In this document: in pieces, positions 29,924-39,533 of the stretch
Numbering within the stretch: the stretch's first letter is position 1
Layout: each line of letters begins with the position of its first letter
Sequence record: ON287372.1
Length of the DNA stretch: 64,000 nucleotides
Reading direction: 5' to 3' (one strand)
The notes under the pieces: generated by a model
Told to the model about the DNA's origin: nothing
Databases searched by the model: none
Seen by the model: only the letters and a program-made list of their open reading frames with translations
Made by a program: the position numbers and the translations under genes

Positions 29924-31663
29924 TTACTCCGGTTGCCCGCTCTCCGAGACCCTGGTTACCAAAGCGCTCACTCCTAATGTCCGGAGATTTGTCAGTGGAA
30001 TTCCACCCGAGACGTGGATCCTGTGTTGAGCAAGGGTAAAAAAACCTGTAGCGGGGTTGAACGGAACAATAACCGTGCTCTCTCCTTTTTTGTTCAGGTG
30101 ATACTTACCGCAGCTCGGGCAGGATACGTTAGGGAAGCCAACGATAGCGCCGATGGAGTCATTGACGAAGTCATTGATTGCACCCATCAGTTCTGCTGCG
30201 CCTTTGGTATCGGCCGCCATTTGACGAAGGACGTTAATGATGGTGTCCATGTCTTGGATCAAGTAATAGCCGCCTTCATGGTCTTGAGAAGGGACTTTGA
30301 TTTCCTTGATGTAATGAGCGAACCGGCACAGGTCTTCGGTAGACAATGCCGACTGGATTGCAGCTGCACGGCTCTCGCTGTCTTCGTAAGCTGAACGCAG
30401 GGACTCAGACAATGCGCGGTTAATGGAGCTGATCCACTCACGGCCACGGGCCAGGTACTCATCTGCCGACGGATCGTTAAAGTAGAAAGTACGGCCGTTA
30501 TATACCCAGCTAGACGTGTTCAGAATTTCGAACTCTTCGTGATACGCTACCAAGTCATCCGGTTTAGATTGTACGTGGGAACCACGGCCCATCAGAACCA
30601 GTTGTTTAGCAGTGAAACGAGATTCGTCTACCCAGAACATACGCAGCGGGTTGGCGTGTACCGTTTGTACATCGTGACACTCTGCACATGGGATGGCGAT
30701 TGGAGTGCCGTCAGGGAATGCCGACATTGCCATACCCCAGATGATTACCGGGATGTCGTTCTTAGAGATGAACTCTTTCAACTCCAGCGGGTTCTTAGAG
30801 AACGGCAGAGTTGAATGCGTCACCAGCTTCAATGCTGCATCGAGCAGGATCTCATCGAACACCAGGGAATCGTTAGAACCTACAGCGCCGTTTGTATCCA
30901 GGCCAATCTCTTCACGAGAGAATGCCAGAGCACGGTCGATCTCTGCCAGGTAAGCGCCAGTAGGTGCGCGCATGGTCAACCAGAAGCCGGAGTGCCACAG
31001 AGGGATCTGTACGGAGCGGCCCAGATTAGTGCCTGCCATGAACAGGTCGACTGCACCGTGACCGGATACAACCGCACCTTGCTCTTTGGTCAGAGCGAAT
31101 TTATTACGGCGCGGACCCAAAGGGATGGAGGAGTTAGCCTGAGTCAGGTATTGCTTCCAACGACTACCAATACGGGTAGTGGCTTTGATCAAGCCTTCAC
31201 CTGGGAACGCAGTATCCTGCGCCGCAGTACCCGTTAACAGGAACGGAAGAATGTCGATGTTGCTACTCTCTTCGTCCGTCATGCGTTCAGTTTTGTTGTT
31301 GAAATCATCCCGAGTAGTGCTCAGGATAGCCATACCAGACTGTACGCCGGTTTTAGAATTGATCAGATGATAAACATCATTCTGAACCGTTAGCGTGTCT
31401 TCTTCTACATTGTAGAGTGCATCTTCGGCAGGCTCTTTGATTTCCTTAGGAGTTTCTACTTCCTCCTCTTGTGCAGGCGCTTCCTCAGACGGCGCTGGTT
31501 GTTCAACCTGCATCGTTGCTGGAAGTTCCTCTGATTCGATTTCGTAATCTTCGAAAACGTTACGTTTAGGAACATCAATCCCTGAAGCGGTGTCCAGAGG
31601 CTTAGTTTCTGGCTGATCCAGGGAGGGAGTAGCGTCGCTACCTTTTTCTAAATCGGTGCTCAT
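29924..31663 (-). CDS. Putative tail/baseplate assembly chaperone (T4 gp26 / lambda gpG-like)
   Basis: 579 aa; CAEC and CPSC Zn motifs; ...PATGFF near the C-terminus encoded by GGT TTT TTT. Confidence 0.5.
   Translation of the reverse strand: MSTDLEKGSDATPSLDQPETKPLDTASGIDVPKRNVFEDYEIESEELPATMQVEQPAPSEEAPAQEEEVETPKEIKEPAEDALYNVEEDTLTVQNDVYHLINSKTGVQSGMAILSTTRDDFNNKTERMTDEESSNIDILPFLLTGTAAQDTAFPGEGLIKATTRIGSRWKQYLTQANSSIPLGPRRNKFALTKEQGAVVSGHGAVDLFMAGTNLGRSVQIPLWHSGFWLTMRAPTGAYLAEIDRALAFSREEIGLDTNGAVGSNDSLVFDEILLDAALKLVTHSTLPFSKNPLELKEFISKNDIPVIIWGMAMSAFPDGTPIAIPCAECHDVQTVHANPLRMFWVDESRFTAKQLVLMGRGSHVQSKPDDLVAYHEEFEILNTSSWVYNGRTFYFNDPSADEYLARGREWISSINRALSESLRSAYEDSESRAAAIQSALSTEDLCRFAHYIKEIKVPSQDHEGGYYLIQDMDTIINVLRQMAADTKGAAELMGAINDFVNDSIGAIVGFPNVSCPSCGKYHLNKKGESTVIVPFNPATGFFTLAQHRIHVSGGIPLTNLRTLGVSALVTRVSESGQPE
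30038..30044 (-). other. Candidate -1 ribosomal frameshift heptamer U UUU UUU
   Basis: A7 on plus strand; in-phase X XXY YYZ heptamer; -1 frame continues into the 29553-29882 ORF. Confidence 0.6.
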
Positions 31664-32061
31664 TCGGTTGGTTCCTTGTCTTCGGTAGATAGTACAATAT
31701 CAGAGCAAATTGCCAGCGGCTCTAATACGGCTGGTAGTTTATTTACAAACTCGATTACGTTAAGTTTGTATTGACTGAAATCAGTCCCTGGAGGCAATGC
31801 TTCCAAGGAGGTTTTGAATTTGGCCAGATTAGTGGCAAAGGTATTGAACAGCGGGCCAATCGTATGAATAGCTCCGGAGAATTCTTCTACCTTATCTTCA
31901 GGTATTTTACCTTCCGTTTTTAACGACGTGTAATAAGCCATTAACTTATAAACGTCGACGAGTTTCTGACGGATCGATTCGATTGTATCGAAGACTTCTT
32001 TACGGGCAGAAGTTTTGGTAACCTTCTTTACTTTATTACGAGACTTGGTACTTACAGGCAT
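31660..32061 (-). CDS. Hypothetical protein
   Basis: 133 aa, 4-bp overlap with the downstream gene. Confidence 0.75.
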   Translation of the reverse strand: MPVSTKSRNKVKKVTKTSARKEVFDTIESIRQKLVDVYKLMAYYTSLKTEGKIPEDKVEEFSGAIHTIGPLFNTFATNLAKFKTSLEALPPGTDFSQYKLNVIEFVNKLPAVLEPLAICSDIVLSTEDKEPTE

Positions 32062-32154
32062 TTCATAATTCCTTATTTGAAATCGTTGAGTAAAAGACTA
32101 CATCTCAATCGGTACCTATGTAAATATTTATTCAATCACCTTGAGGGTCATAAC

Positions 32155-33003
32155 GTGATCTTAGAAGACCTAATGAGTTTCATCGAAAAGACGAACTCAC
32201 CTGAAAGGGTATCGGCATATAAAGGGTTACTCCCTTTCTTAATGCAATTAGACCCCTCGCTAATGGAAATGAACCTGTCTCAGTTCGTCGGGTTCATGGA
32301 CGATTACGATACCATCAATAACCGTGAGCAATTGGATAACTTCCTTATTCAGGTTGTTTCTGAAGGTATTGAGGACTTCGGTATTTATCTTTCCGAGTCA
32401 GCCGATTACCGCGACTCCGTATTCCTTCTTGGAGACACCTTACGTGCTCTTTATCGTGTTGACCAATATGAAGACATGGCTGCATTGACTTCTATCCTTG
32501 AGGACGGAGTGAACGCCAAAGAGACGGTAGTTGAGATCCTCTCGGCTGTTTCTCCTGAACTGGACGTAAGCGCATTGCTCAACTATATCGATGAAGTATC
32601 GAGTTCCCTGGTGCGTCGTTGGAAAGATTCGTTCGCTGATCTTTCTTATCAATTCGATGATCAACTTCCGGCAGCAGAACCTCTGTTGGTAGAACGTGTT
32701 CGTCTGGCTCTTCAAGATCTCCAAATCGAAAGTGCACGTAACTACTTTACGGAAGGCGGTGTCATCGGTGAGCCTATCGATAACTACCTCGATTATTACC
32801 TGGGTTATCTCAAACCTAAGGATGATGTCATCCGTGCTAAGTTTGCGTTGTTCTCCGCCATCGCTGCTGATGCAGCTGCCGATGAAATTCGTTCTATTGC
32901 TGGGGCCAAAATGGAATACTATTATTCCGGCGCCGAGCTACTGAACGTAACACGTAAAATCTCTACCCTACCTTTACCGGAGTTCGTCTATGCTCAAGCG
33001 TGA
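32155..33003 (+). CDS. Conserved phiKZ-like protein upstream of virion RNAP beta'
   Basis: GTG at 32155 with GAGGG RBS preferred over TTG 32077; TATG at 32117-32120. Confidence 0.7.
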   Translation: MILEDLMSFIEKTNSPERVSAYKGLLPFLMQLDPSLMEMNLSQFVGFMDDYDTINNREQLDNFLIQVVSEGIEDFGIYLSESADYRDSVFLLGDTLRALYRVDQYEDMAALTSILEDGVNAKETVVEILSAVSPELDVSALLNYIDEVSSSLVRRWKDSFADLSYQFDDQLPAAEPLLVERVRLALQDLQIESARNYFTEGGVIGEPIDNYLDYYLGYLKPKDDVIRAKFALFSAIAADAAADEIRSIAGAKMEYYYSGAELLNVTRKISTLPLPEFVYAQA

Positions 33004-34378
33004 TTATTTCCTTAAAGCGCTTCGTGCAGGTGCTTATCGATACAAGGAATGGATGGTCGAATGTTTCGCTATGGTTTCCTTGCCCGAGCGTCCACAACTC
33101 GATCGTATTATTACCGCACAGGCTTTAATGGCAGAGGATCCTTACAGTAAGATCGTTTACTCTAACGAACCTGAGCGCTACTCCTTTGAACGCTATCCTT
33201 ATCAGCTGTTTAAAGAAGATGATAAAGTCGTGTTCTTCGATCGCGATGCGCAGGCCTGGGAACCTCTCCAAGAAGTCCGATTGAACTATCCGTTCTTCCG
33301 GTTCAAGGATGAGATTAGTCTCTCTAAAGGCGACCTAGTTAACGTAGATCGTGATCTCGTCACCTGGTACGGAAACGTAGTAGTAAACCAAACTATCCTC
33401 TGTCACTCTTTCGGTGCTACGATTCCGTTCATGGCCGGTCAAATCAAAATCGGTGCGGTGGAATCTAAGATTGCGGAGTTACTGAACTCTACGCCGGAAG
33501 AAGGCGCGGAACGCGATCCTACCAAGATCTATACGGATGACCTGGAAAAGAAATATTATCAGGCTGCCTATTCCGTAACGGGCTGGTGTCAAATCGCCAC
33601 CCCTGCCGCTACGCCATACACCATCCTTACTGATCCACGTATTCATCAGCGTCGTAAAGAGCTGTTGGAGCAATACAAAGGTCAAACTCACGATGCGACA
33701 GTTGTAGCGAAGATCATGGCTGAGTTACGTGACATGGACAAAGCGTTCCAAGATCAAGACCCTGAGAAAGGCTTCTTGAAGAACGGTAAGGACTTTGACA
33801 TCACGCGTATGAAGTCTTACGTAATGCACGGTATCGAACGTGACTTTAACGATCCGAACAAGATCACTGTTATCGATCGATCCCTGGCAGAGCAATGGGA
33901 CATCAAACGTTTACCGCAGATGGCTAACTCCCTGATTGACGGCTCGTTTAACCGCGGATTCTTGACAGCGCTAGGTGGCGAGGCAGCGAAGTTCCTGTCT
34001 CGTTTCTTCCTGAACACCAACATCTCTGAGGACGATTGCGGTTCCGTACTTGGGATAACTCACCTAATTGATAAAGACAATGCCGAGGGCTACTACTGGG
34101 CATACGCATTGGTCAATGGTAAGATGGTTCAGATTACGCCGGATAACGTTTCGGAGTTTTACGGAAAAGCCACTGTAATGCGTTCTCCGCAGTTCTGTAA
34201 TACCGTTGATGGTAACTTCTGCGTGAAGTGCCTTGGTGAGCGCTACGTCGATTCTAAGCAGGCTCTGAGCTCATTAGCAACCGAATCCGGTAACGTACTA
34301 ATGAATATTTTCATGCAGTCCATGCATGGAAAGGCAGTTAAGGTTGAGAAATGGAATTGGCAACGTGACTTATTCTAA
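32990..34378 (+). CDS. Virion RNA polymerase beta'-like subunit, C-terminal part (phiKZ gp80-like)
   Basis: EDDCGS and MRSPQFC...FCVKCLG Zn-site motifs of beta'; LMNIFMQSMH trigger-loop-like segment. Confidence 0.85.
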   Translation: MLKRDYFLKALRAGAYRYKEWMVECFAMVSLPERPQLDRIITAQALMAEDPYSKIVYSNEPERYSFERYPYQLFKEDDKVVFFDRDAQAWEPLQEVRLNYPFFRFKDEISLSKGDLVNVDRDLVTWYGNVVVNQTILCHSFGATIPFMAGQIKIGAVESKIAELLNSTPEEGAERDPTKIYTDDLEKKYYQAAYSVTGWCQIATPAATPYTILTDPRIHQRRKELLEQYKGQTHDATVVAKIMAELRDMDKAFQDQDPEKGFLKNGKDFDITRMKSYVMHGIERDFNDPNKITVIDRSLAEQWDIKRLPQMANSLIDGSFNRGFLTALGGEAAKFLSRFFLNTNISEDDCGSVLGITHLIDKDNAEGYYWAYALVNGKMVQITPDNVSEFYGKATVMRSPQFCNTVDGNFCVKCLGERYVDSKQALSSLATESGNVLMNIFMQSMHGKAVKVEKWNWQRDLF

Positions 34379-34419
34379 GTCCGTCTAGCCAAAAAAAATA
34401 GTTAACGCGAAGAATAGTC

Positions 34420-34443
34420 CAGAGTACCCCGAAGGGTACTCTG
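34420..34443. terminator. Hairpin terminator, copy 1 of a 24-bp repeat
   Basis: CAGAGTACCC CGAA GGGTACTCTG; UUCG loop on the minus strand. Confidence 0.75.
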
Positions 34444-34451
34444 GCTATGTT

Positions 34452-35798
34452 CTATTTCTTAATTAAAGGGTCTTTATCTGATCCAACGTAATACGTGTTG
34501 GGATGATTAGTGGGATGGTTCATTTTATCCGACAACGTACTATAATGCTTACCCAAAGCGTCGGCGGCTAGACGTAGAGAGCCGTAATGTACTCCATCGA
34601 CTACGACAGCTTTCGAAGTAGTGCGGATTAACTTACTATCGTCTTCTATTTCTACTTTCTCCCAATTAGGGAATCTATTATCCTGGGCTCTCCTGACTAC
34701 AGTAGATGAAGAAACTCCGTAAGCCTCTCCAGCTTCAGCTGCGGTAAAAAATACTTTACCATCTACCCGATAACCAGTCCGGTCTGAGCTCTTAGCGACT
34801 GTCTCTGAAACTTTTCCTGATTTAACATCGGGATCATGTTCAGAACCGATCATGTACCACCCTGGGTAATTTTTATTAACTAACCTACGAGTAATACTAG
34901 ACTGGTTGATACCGAGAATACGAGCACACTCTGAAGCAGATGGATACTTAATCCCATCGCCCATGATTGCTTTGGAAATAGCAGTGGCTGTATTCCGGAT
35001 ATGTTCCTCGGAGTTAGGTCTACCTTTCCGTACTTCAGACATCTTGCGTTTAGTTTCTTCGGAAGCGACTTTACCCATCTTAGCTAGAGACATTTTACGG
35101 CGTGATTCTTCAGATTTAGGTACCCCTAAAGCAGGTGCCTCCGCAAGATCTCCTATGTTAAATACCGGTTGCTCTTTCTTTATCTGAGACAAAGCAACAT
35201 TCTCTAACCAGAAAGGAGTCATGGTTTCAGTGGTGCGAATAAGAATAACTTTTATCTTATCGGTAGGTTGGCCACTGAACAAGTTAAAGGTCTTCTGCAG
35301 ACTGCGGTTGTGGTGTTGGTTAGACTTAAGGGCGTTCTTGTGCTCCATTAGTCGCTTGTAGATATTGTAACTTGATCCAATGTACACTCTATCCACATCG
35401 TTTAGCTGGAGTATATAGACGCCAGCGAAAGCGCCCTCGGAGCGCGAGAACCCGAAGTCCCCCATCAAGTCATCTATCACCACCACATCCACAATCTTCT
35501 CGTAGTCTCCATCATCGAAGATCGTCTCCCTGGTGTTAATCATAAACTCCGACCCAGAGACAAACGTTACCGAAGGCGGCAGATTAGCCAGGGGGACTTC
35601 CCCGTCTAAGTTCCAGCGTTCGGTATTAAAGAGATTCATGACCTCTTTTAGTGCACCCGGTAATACAACCTTAGGATTACGAAGTGCATTGATTGCAATC
35701 GTCATCAGAAGGTCATAAACCCCTGGACCAGGTTGGCCCAGGAGTAATTTACTTTTTACAATTAAAGCGGCATCTTCCGCCAGTATTAATTTACTCAT
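34452..35798 (-). mobile_element. Free-standing GIY-YIG homing endonuclease with NUMOD3- and NUMOD1-like repeats
   Basis: GVYILQ...VYIGSSYNIYKRLMEH; SEESRRKMS/SEETKRKMS repeats; three C-terminal HTH-like repeats; AT-rich. Confidence 0.88.
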
Positions 35799-35877
35799 TT
35801 AAAAATCCTTTGCAAAGGAGGTCAATTAAGACCAATTAAGATTTTCTAATAGGAGGTAGCTAATCTCCTACATTAGA

Positions 35878-35892
35878 GTAATATATACATGA
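35878..35892 (-). promoter_or_regulatory. Early (virion RNAP) promoter
   Basis: TCATGTATATATTAC; contains the phiKZ early consensus TATATTAC. Confidence 0.75.
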
Positions 35893-35909
35893 CGGAAGAT
35901 GCATTTTAC

Positions 35910-37046
35910 TTATTTACCTGCGGCTTTGGTCATCAGCTTCAGAGTTTTGAATTTCTTAAGCATGGCTGTTTCGCAGGATTCGAAGAACAGCTTAGCCGTA
36001 GCGAAGTTGCTAGAGGACATCTGCCAACTTGCGAATTTCTCAGACTCCGGTTTCTTCTGGGATTGGATGATTTTGTTTTCTTCATCTACCAGCTTCTGGA
36101 GGGCCTTACTACGACCGTTGTCCATTACGTCGTCCATAACATCGCGGTAAGCTTTAACAATCCCCAGGAGCTCTTGGAACGTCTTAGGGGACTCGAAAGC
36201 AGGCGGTGCCATGAAATCGCTGAAGGTCACGTAGGTGCTCTTAGAGATCTCGCTGTAGAAGTGGGCAACGTCACGGATGTTACTCAGGCCATCTCCTGCT
36301 TTGTTCCGGATGTTGTTGATATCAATTGGGATGTAGATACCCATGAAGTTAGTGGTGCCGATACGACCTTTGTTAGCATAAACGAACATTGCCTTTTCGC
36401 CCAGGACTTCCCTGCTACCCATACGTTGACCGGTGTGTACCGAAACTACGCGAGACATACCGGACACGAAAGGAACCAGGATACCCTTATAGGCGTCAGC
36501 AAGGTCACTACCGCCCTTGAGCATCTCTACCGATTTAGAGCAGCGAGTCATATACAGATCAGCTAAGGTTTTGTAAGCCTTGGCAAAATCCTCCAGGAGT
36601 TGTTTTACGTTACCGCCACCGAAGTCGACTTTGAAGGCATTCCCATCGAGGGAGATTTCACCCTCTTTACCTTCCAGATTTTTGATGAGTTCATCGAGCT
36701 CGCTAAACAGTTTTCCACGGGCGCTGAACTTTTTACTCAGCCAGCCCATGAAACCGCTGTTGAACTCAGATGCCTTCTTCTGCATATTGACATGGTTTTG
36801 CTCTTTGGCAGCTTCCAAGGAAACGCCATAGTTTACATTCTCAGATTCCAGAGAGATGGATTCTCCCAGTCCCATGGAGTCCAGCAGAATACCCGCCATC
36901 AATGCATTGCTTTCATTGGCGACAGAAGAGGCTGCTTCTAAAGTAAGGTGATTGTCCAGGAATTGGGAGAAAGATTCCATGGCCGGTTGGGAAGGGATGG
37001 TCACTTCCGGGGTTTTGTTCTTGAGGATCTCGCGGGCGTATTTCAT
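35910..37046 (-). CDS. Displaced internal head protein paralog
   Basis: PAMES, LTLEA, ISLES, VSLEA motifs then GFMGWLSKKF; TATG at 37078-37081. Confidence 0.65.
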   Translation of the reverse strand: MKYAREILKNKTPEVTIPSQPAMESFSQFLDNHLTLEAASSVANESNALMAGILLDSMGLGESISLESENVNYGVSLEAAKEQNHVNMQKKASEFNSGFMGWLSKKFSARGKLFSELDELIKNLEGKEGEISLDGNAFKVDFGGGNVKQLLEDFAKAYKTLADLYMTRCSKSVEMLKGGSDLADAYKGILVPFVSGMSRVVSVHTGQRMGSREVLGEKAMFVYANKGRIGTTNFMGIYIPIDINNIRNKAGDGLSNIRDVAHFYSEISKSTYVTFSDFMAPPAFESPKTFQELLGIVKAYRDVMDDVMDNGRSKALQKLVDEENKIIQSQKKPESEKFASWQMSSSNFATAKLFFESCETAMLKKFKTLKLMTKAAGK

Positions 37047-37073
37047 TTCGGGTTTTCGCTTATAGTGGGTAGT

Positions 37074-37718
37074 CTAACATACTATCTTAGCTTCCAGTAT
37101 CTCGAGTACCCAATCCATTATAAACGTTAGTGTTTTGCCTCTGATATTCATTACCGGTATGTTACGATCTACGGCTAATTTAGTAGCCGTGCGGGTACCG
37201 CCCTTAGGCAATCCGTTCTTATCCTCATCGGCGCAATAGAGGACGAAGAGGGACGGTGAGTTCAGATCTTTGCCTAATGCTTGGTAAACATTACGGACAT
37301 GGAACTTACGCTGTGCGTCAGTAAGTCTATCAAAGATCGGATGGATCGTTGAACAAATCTCAGAAGCTTTATCGTAGTAATCCATTTCCCAAATGGCGTT
37401 TTGATCGGATGTATTTGGGTTACTGATTTCAAACTTTTTCCAAGGCAAGTAAATCTCCAGTGGTGCTAAAGGGAGATTGTTCAAACTACATTTATGGTTG
37501 GAATATTCCACACCTGCCTGGAATGCCTGGTCTGATCCAGGTGCTCGACCTGAACGTACTCCGATTCTGAAAGTAATGGAGATTACCGAGGCGAGCATTT
37601 TCATTAAGGAGAATTCCTCCTCGGTCACTTCAGTAGACCCGATCCCAGTGAAGAAGTATTCTTGTTCAGGATTCATCTTATTACAGATTGCTCTAATACG
37701 TTCAACTTTACTTGTCAT
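37074..37718 (-). CDS. SLOG-superfamily (DprA/Smf-like) protein
   Basis: FTGIGS..., RSGRAPGSDQAF, GGTRTATKLAVDRNIPVMNI. Confidence 0.75.
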   Translation of the reverse strand: MTSKVERIRAICNKMNPEQEYFFTGIGSTEVTEEEFSLMKMLASVISITFRIGVRSGRAPGSDQAFQAGVEYSNHKCSLNNLPLAPLEIYLPWKKFEISNPNTSDQNAIWEMDYYDKASEICSTIHPIFDRLTDAQRKFHVRNVYQALGKDLNSPSLFVLYCADEDKNGLPKGGTRTATKLAVDRNIPVMNIRGKTLTFIMDWVLEILEAKIVC

Positions 37719-37759
37719 TGAAAACCTCCAAAAAAAAAGAAATAGTTAATTAGATGAAG

Positions 37760-37783
37760 CAGAGTACCCCGAAGGGTACTCTG
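37760..37783 (-). terminator. Hairpin terminator, copy 2 of the 24-bp repeat
   Basis: Identical to 34420-34443. Confidence 0.75.
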
Positions 37784-37791
37784 CGATTATG

Positions 37792-38271
37792 TTACAATAG
37801 TTCTTTCAACTGGTTGATTACGCTACGACCTAGGTCGGCGCCTTTCTTACAGTCTTCCAGTGTCCAGCTATCGCCGTGCTGATGTTTGTGCAGCGCTCGA
37901 GTATTGATATCCGCTACCAGAGCCTGAATCAGTGCGTCGACGCGGTCTTCTTTACTGCCGACGGATCCTGGGAATTCACGGAAGAGTTCTTTGAAACCAT
38001 TGTTCAACTGGATCGCCGCAAGCTCCGCTTCTTTAGAGATAGTAATATCGTACTTGATTACCAGCTCAGTAATATGCATACGGCGAATGAGACCTTCTTC
38101 TTTCCAGTCGCTTGCAAATAAAAGGCACAGACCGTACTTTAATGCATCGAGGGGCTTCATCTCTTCCTGCTCGAAACGTGCTGTTTGCGAGTGGCCTTCG
38201 TAGGTCAGGGTCAGGTTTGTCTCGCCATGATAGTCAATGTGCAGCGAGGTAACTACTACTTTTCTGGCCAT
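37792..38271 (-). CDS. Hypothetical protein
   Basis: 159 aa, coupled start/stop. Confidence 0.75.
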   Translation of the reverse strand: MARKVVVTSLHIDYHGETNLTLTYEGHSQTARFEQEEMKPLDALKYGLCLLFASDWKEEGLIRRMHITELVIKYDITISKEAELAAIQLNNGFKELFREFPGSVGSKEDRVDALIQALVADINTRALHKHQHGDSWTLEDCKKGADLGRSVINQLKELL

Positions 38272-38615
38272 TATTGGAGTCCTGAAATAAAACGTTTGAG
38301 GAAGGATTGGTCAGCGGTGAACTCAATCTTGGATTCGGAGAGGGTGAACTTAACATTACCGCCGATTAAACGAATAATGCTGAGCGAGTCTTCTACAGTC
38401 TCGCCAGTTGGTTTAACTGCAAATACGCCGACGGTTGTCTCATCACGCGCCATGGCGTATTCAGCCAGATGGTCGATAGAGTGAGAGTTGAGCAGTACCA
38501 TGATGTACAGTGATTTCAGATCAGGTACGTCTGAACGTTGGATTGTGACTGCTTTGTAGTTAGAGAATAGCATCTTTGCACTCCATAATTTTCCATTTTT
38601 AGTTAGCCTACGCAC
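38271..38615 (-). CDS. Hypothetical protein
   Basis: 114-aa ORF; start uncertain. Confidence 0.65.
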   Translation of the reverse strand: MRRLTKNGKLWSAKMLFSNYKAVTIQRSDVPDLKSLYIMVLLNSHSIDHLAEYAMARDETTVGVFAVKPTGETVEDSLSIIRLIGGNVKFTLSESKIEFTADQSFLKRFISGLQ

Positions 38616-38701
38616 CTGAACGATACTTAAGGAAGGAATCGAGCTAGCTGAGCTCTTTTGGTCCCACTCCGTTGTTTCAGTAATGCTCAGGTAAAATATA
38701 C

Positions 38702-39049
38702 CTAACCGGCCATAGTCGGTGTACTCTGAAAGAATCTGGGTGGATTTTCTTCTCGAGTAGGTTTAACCTGTTCTTCTGGGAGTTCAGGCTCAGCCGTCAG
38801 AGATGTTACGTAATCCATGAAGGCTTGGGCCAGCTTATCGTTTGCGGCTGTGATTTCAGAACGACTTAAACCTTCAACAATGATACGGGTTTCCGCACCA
38901 CCCTGAGTGATGATGCGGATATCATCGAGTGTACGCGGTACAGAAATGCTAGCTGGGGCAATCATGGCCACTTCAGCTAAGTCTACTACCCCACCACGTT
39001 TCCAGCTTTCACCAAAGATGTCCTTCAGCAGAATAAATCGTTTAGCCAC
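38702..39049 (-). CDS. Hypothetical protein, possible PH-like fold
   Basis: GTG start with AGGAG RBS; strands followed by a C-terminal helix. Confidence 0.7.
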   Translation of the reverse strand: MAKRFILLKDIFGESWKRGGVVDLAEVAMIAPASISVPRTLDDIRIITQGGAETRIIVEGLSRSEITAANDKLAQAFMDYVTSLTAEPELPEEQVKPTREENPPRFFQSTPTMAG

Positions 39050-39106
39050 GTTAAACTCCTTAAATTTATTAGCGGCCTTAATGACCGCTGTTTCAGATTG
39101 GTAGAA

Positions 39107-39514
39107 TTAGTTTGCGTCGGTCAGATCGAGGAATTCAATGCCCTGGAACACGCACATATTAGGATCGGTTGCAGAAGAGTTGGAGTACATCACGCGGATA
39201 CGAGTTTCGAAGCCACGGACGAACAACACTTTGAATTCGATCGGATGAACGAATTGCTCTTTGCGTGTTGGGTTGCGGAAAGCGGCCGGGAAGGTTGGAT
39301 CTACCAGTTTCAGCTCAGCTTCGTAATCCAGCTGATTCATTTCCTGGTAAGTGTTGGCCATAAGCTGAGCTTTCTGGCGAGCGTCAGCTACGCACGGCTT
39401 AGCATACTTCACATCTGGCGATTTGTACCCGTCTGCAGCATGGGCGTTGTTAGCAGCGAAGAATGCGCCAGTTACCAGTGCGATCGCGGTGATTGCTTTA
39501 GAAATGCTTTTCAT
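39107..39514 (-). CDS. Secreted/periplasmic protein
   Basis: Signal peptide MKSISKAITAIALVTGAFFAANNAHA with an AHA cleavage site; two Cys. Confidence 0.75.
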   Translation of the reverse strand: MKSISKAITAIALVTGAFFAANNAHAADGYKSPDVKYAKPCVADARQKAQLMANTYQEMNQLDYEAELKLVDPTFPAAFRNPTRKEQFVHPIEFKVLFVRGFETRIRVMYSNSSATDPNMCVFQGIEFLDLTDAN

Positions 39515-39533
39515 TTTATTTCCTTAATTTAAG

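Noticed and set aside
30085-30094. AAA AAA GGA as the frameshift site
   Set aside because: Not an in-phase X XXY YYZ heptamer; the U7 site fits better.
35889-36566. 225-aa plus-strand ORF
   Set aside because: Antisense to the head paralog; its ATG is part of the minus-strand promoter motif.
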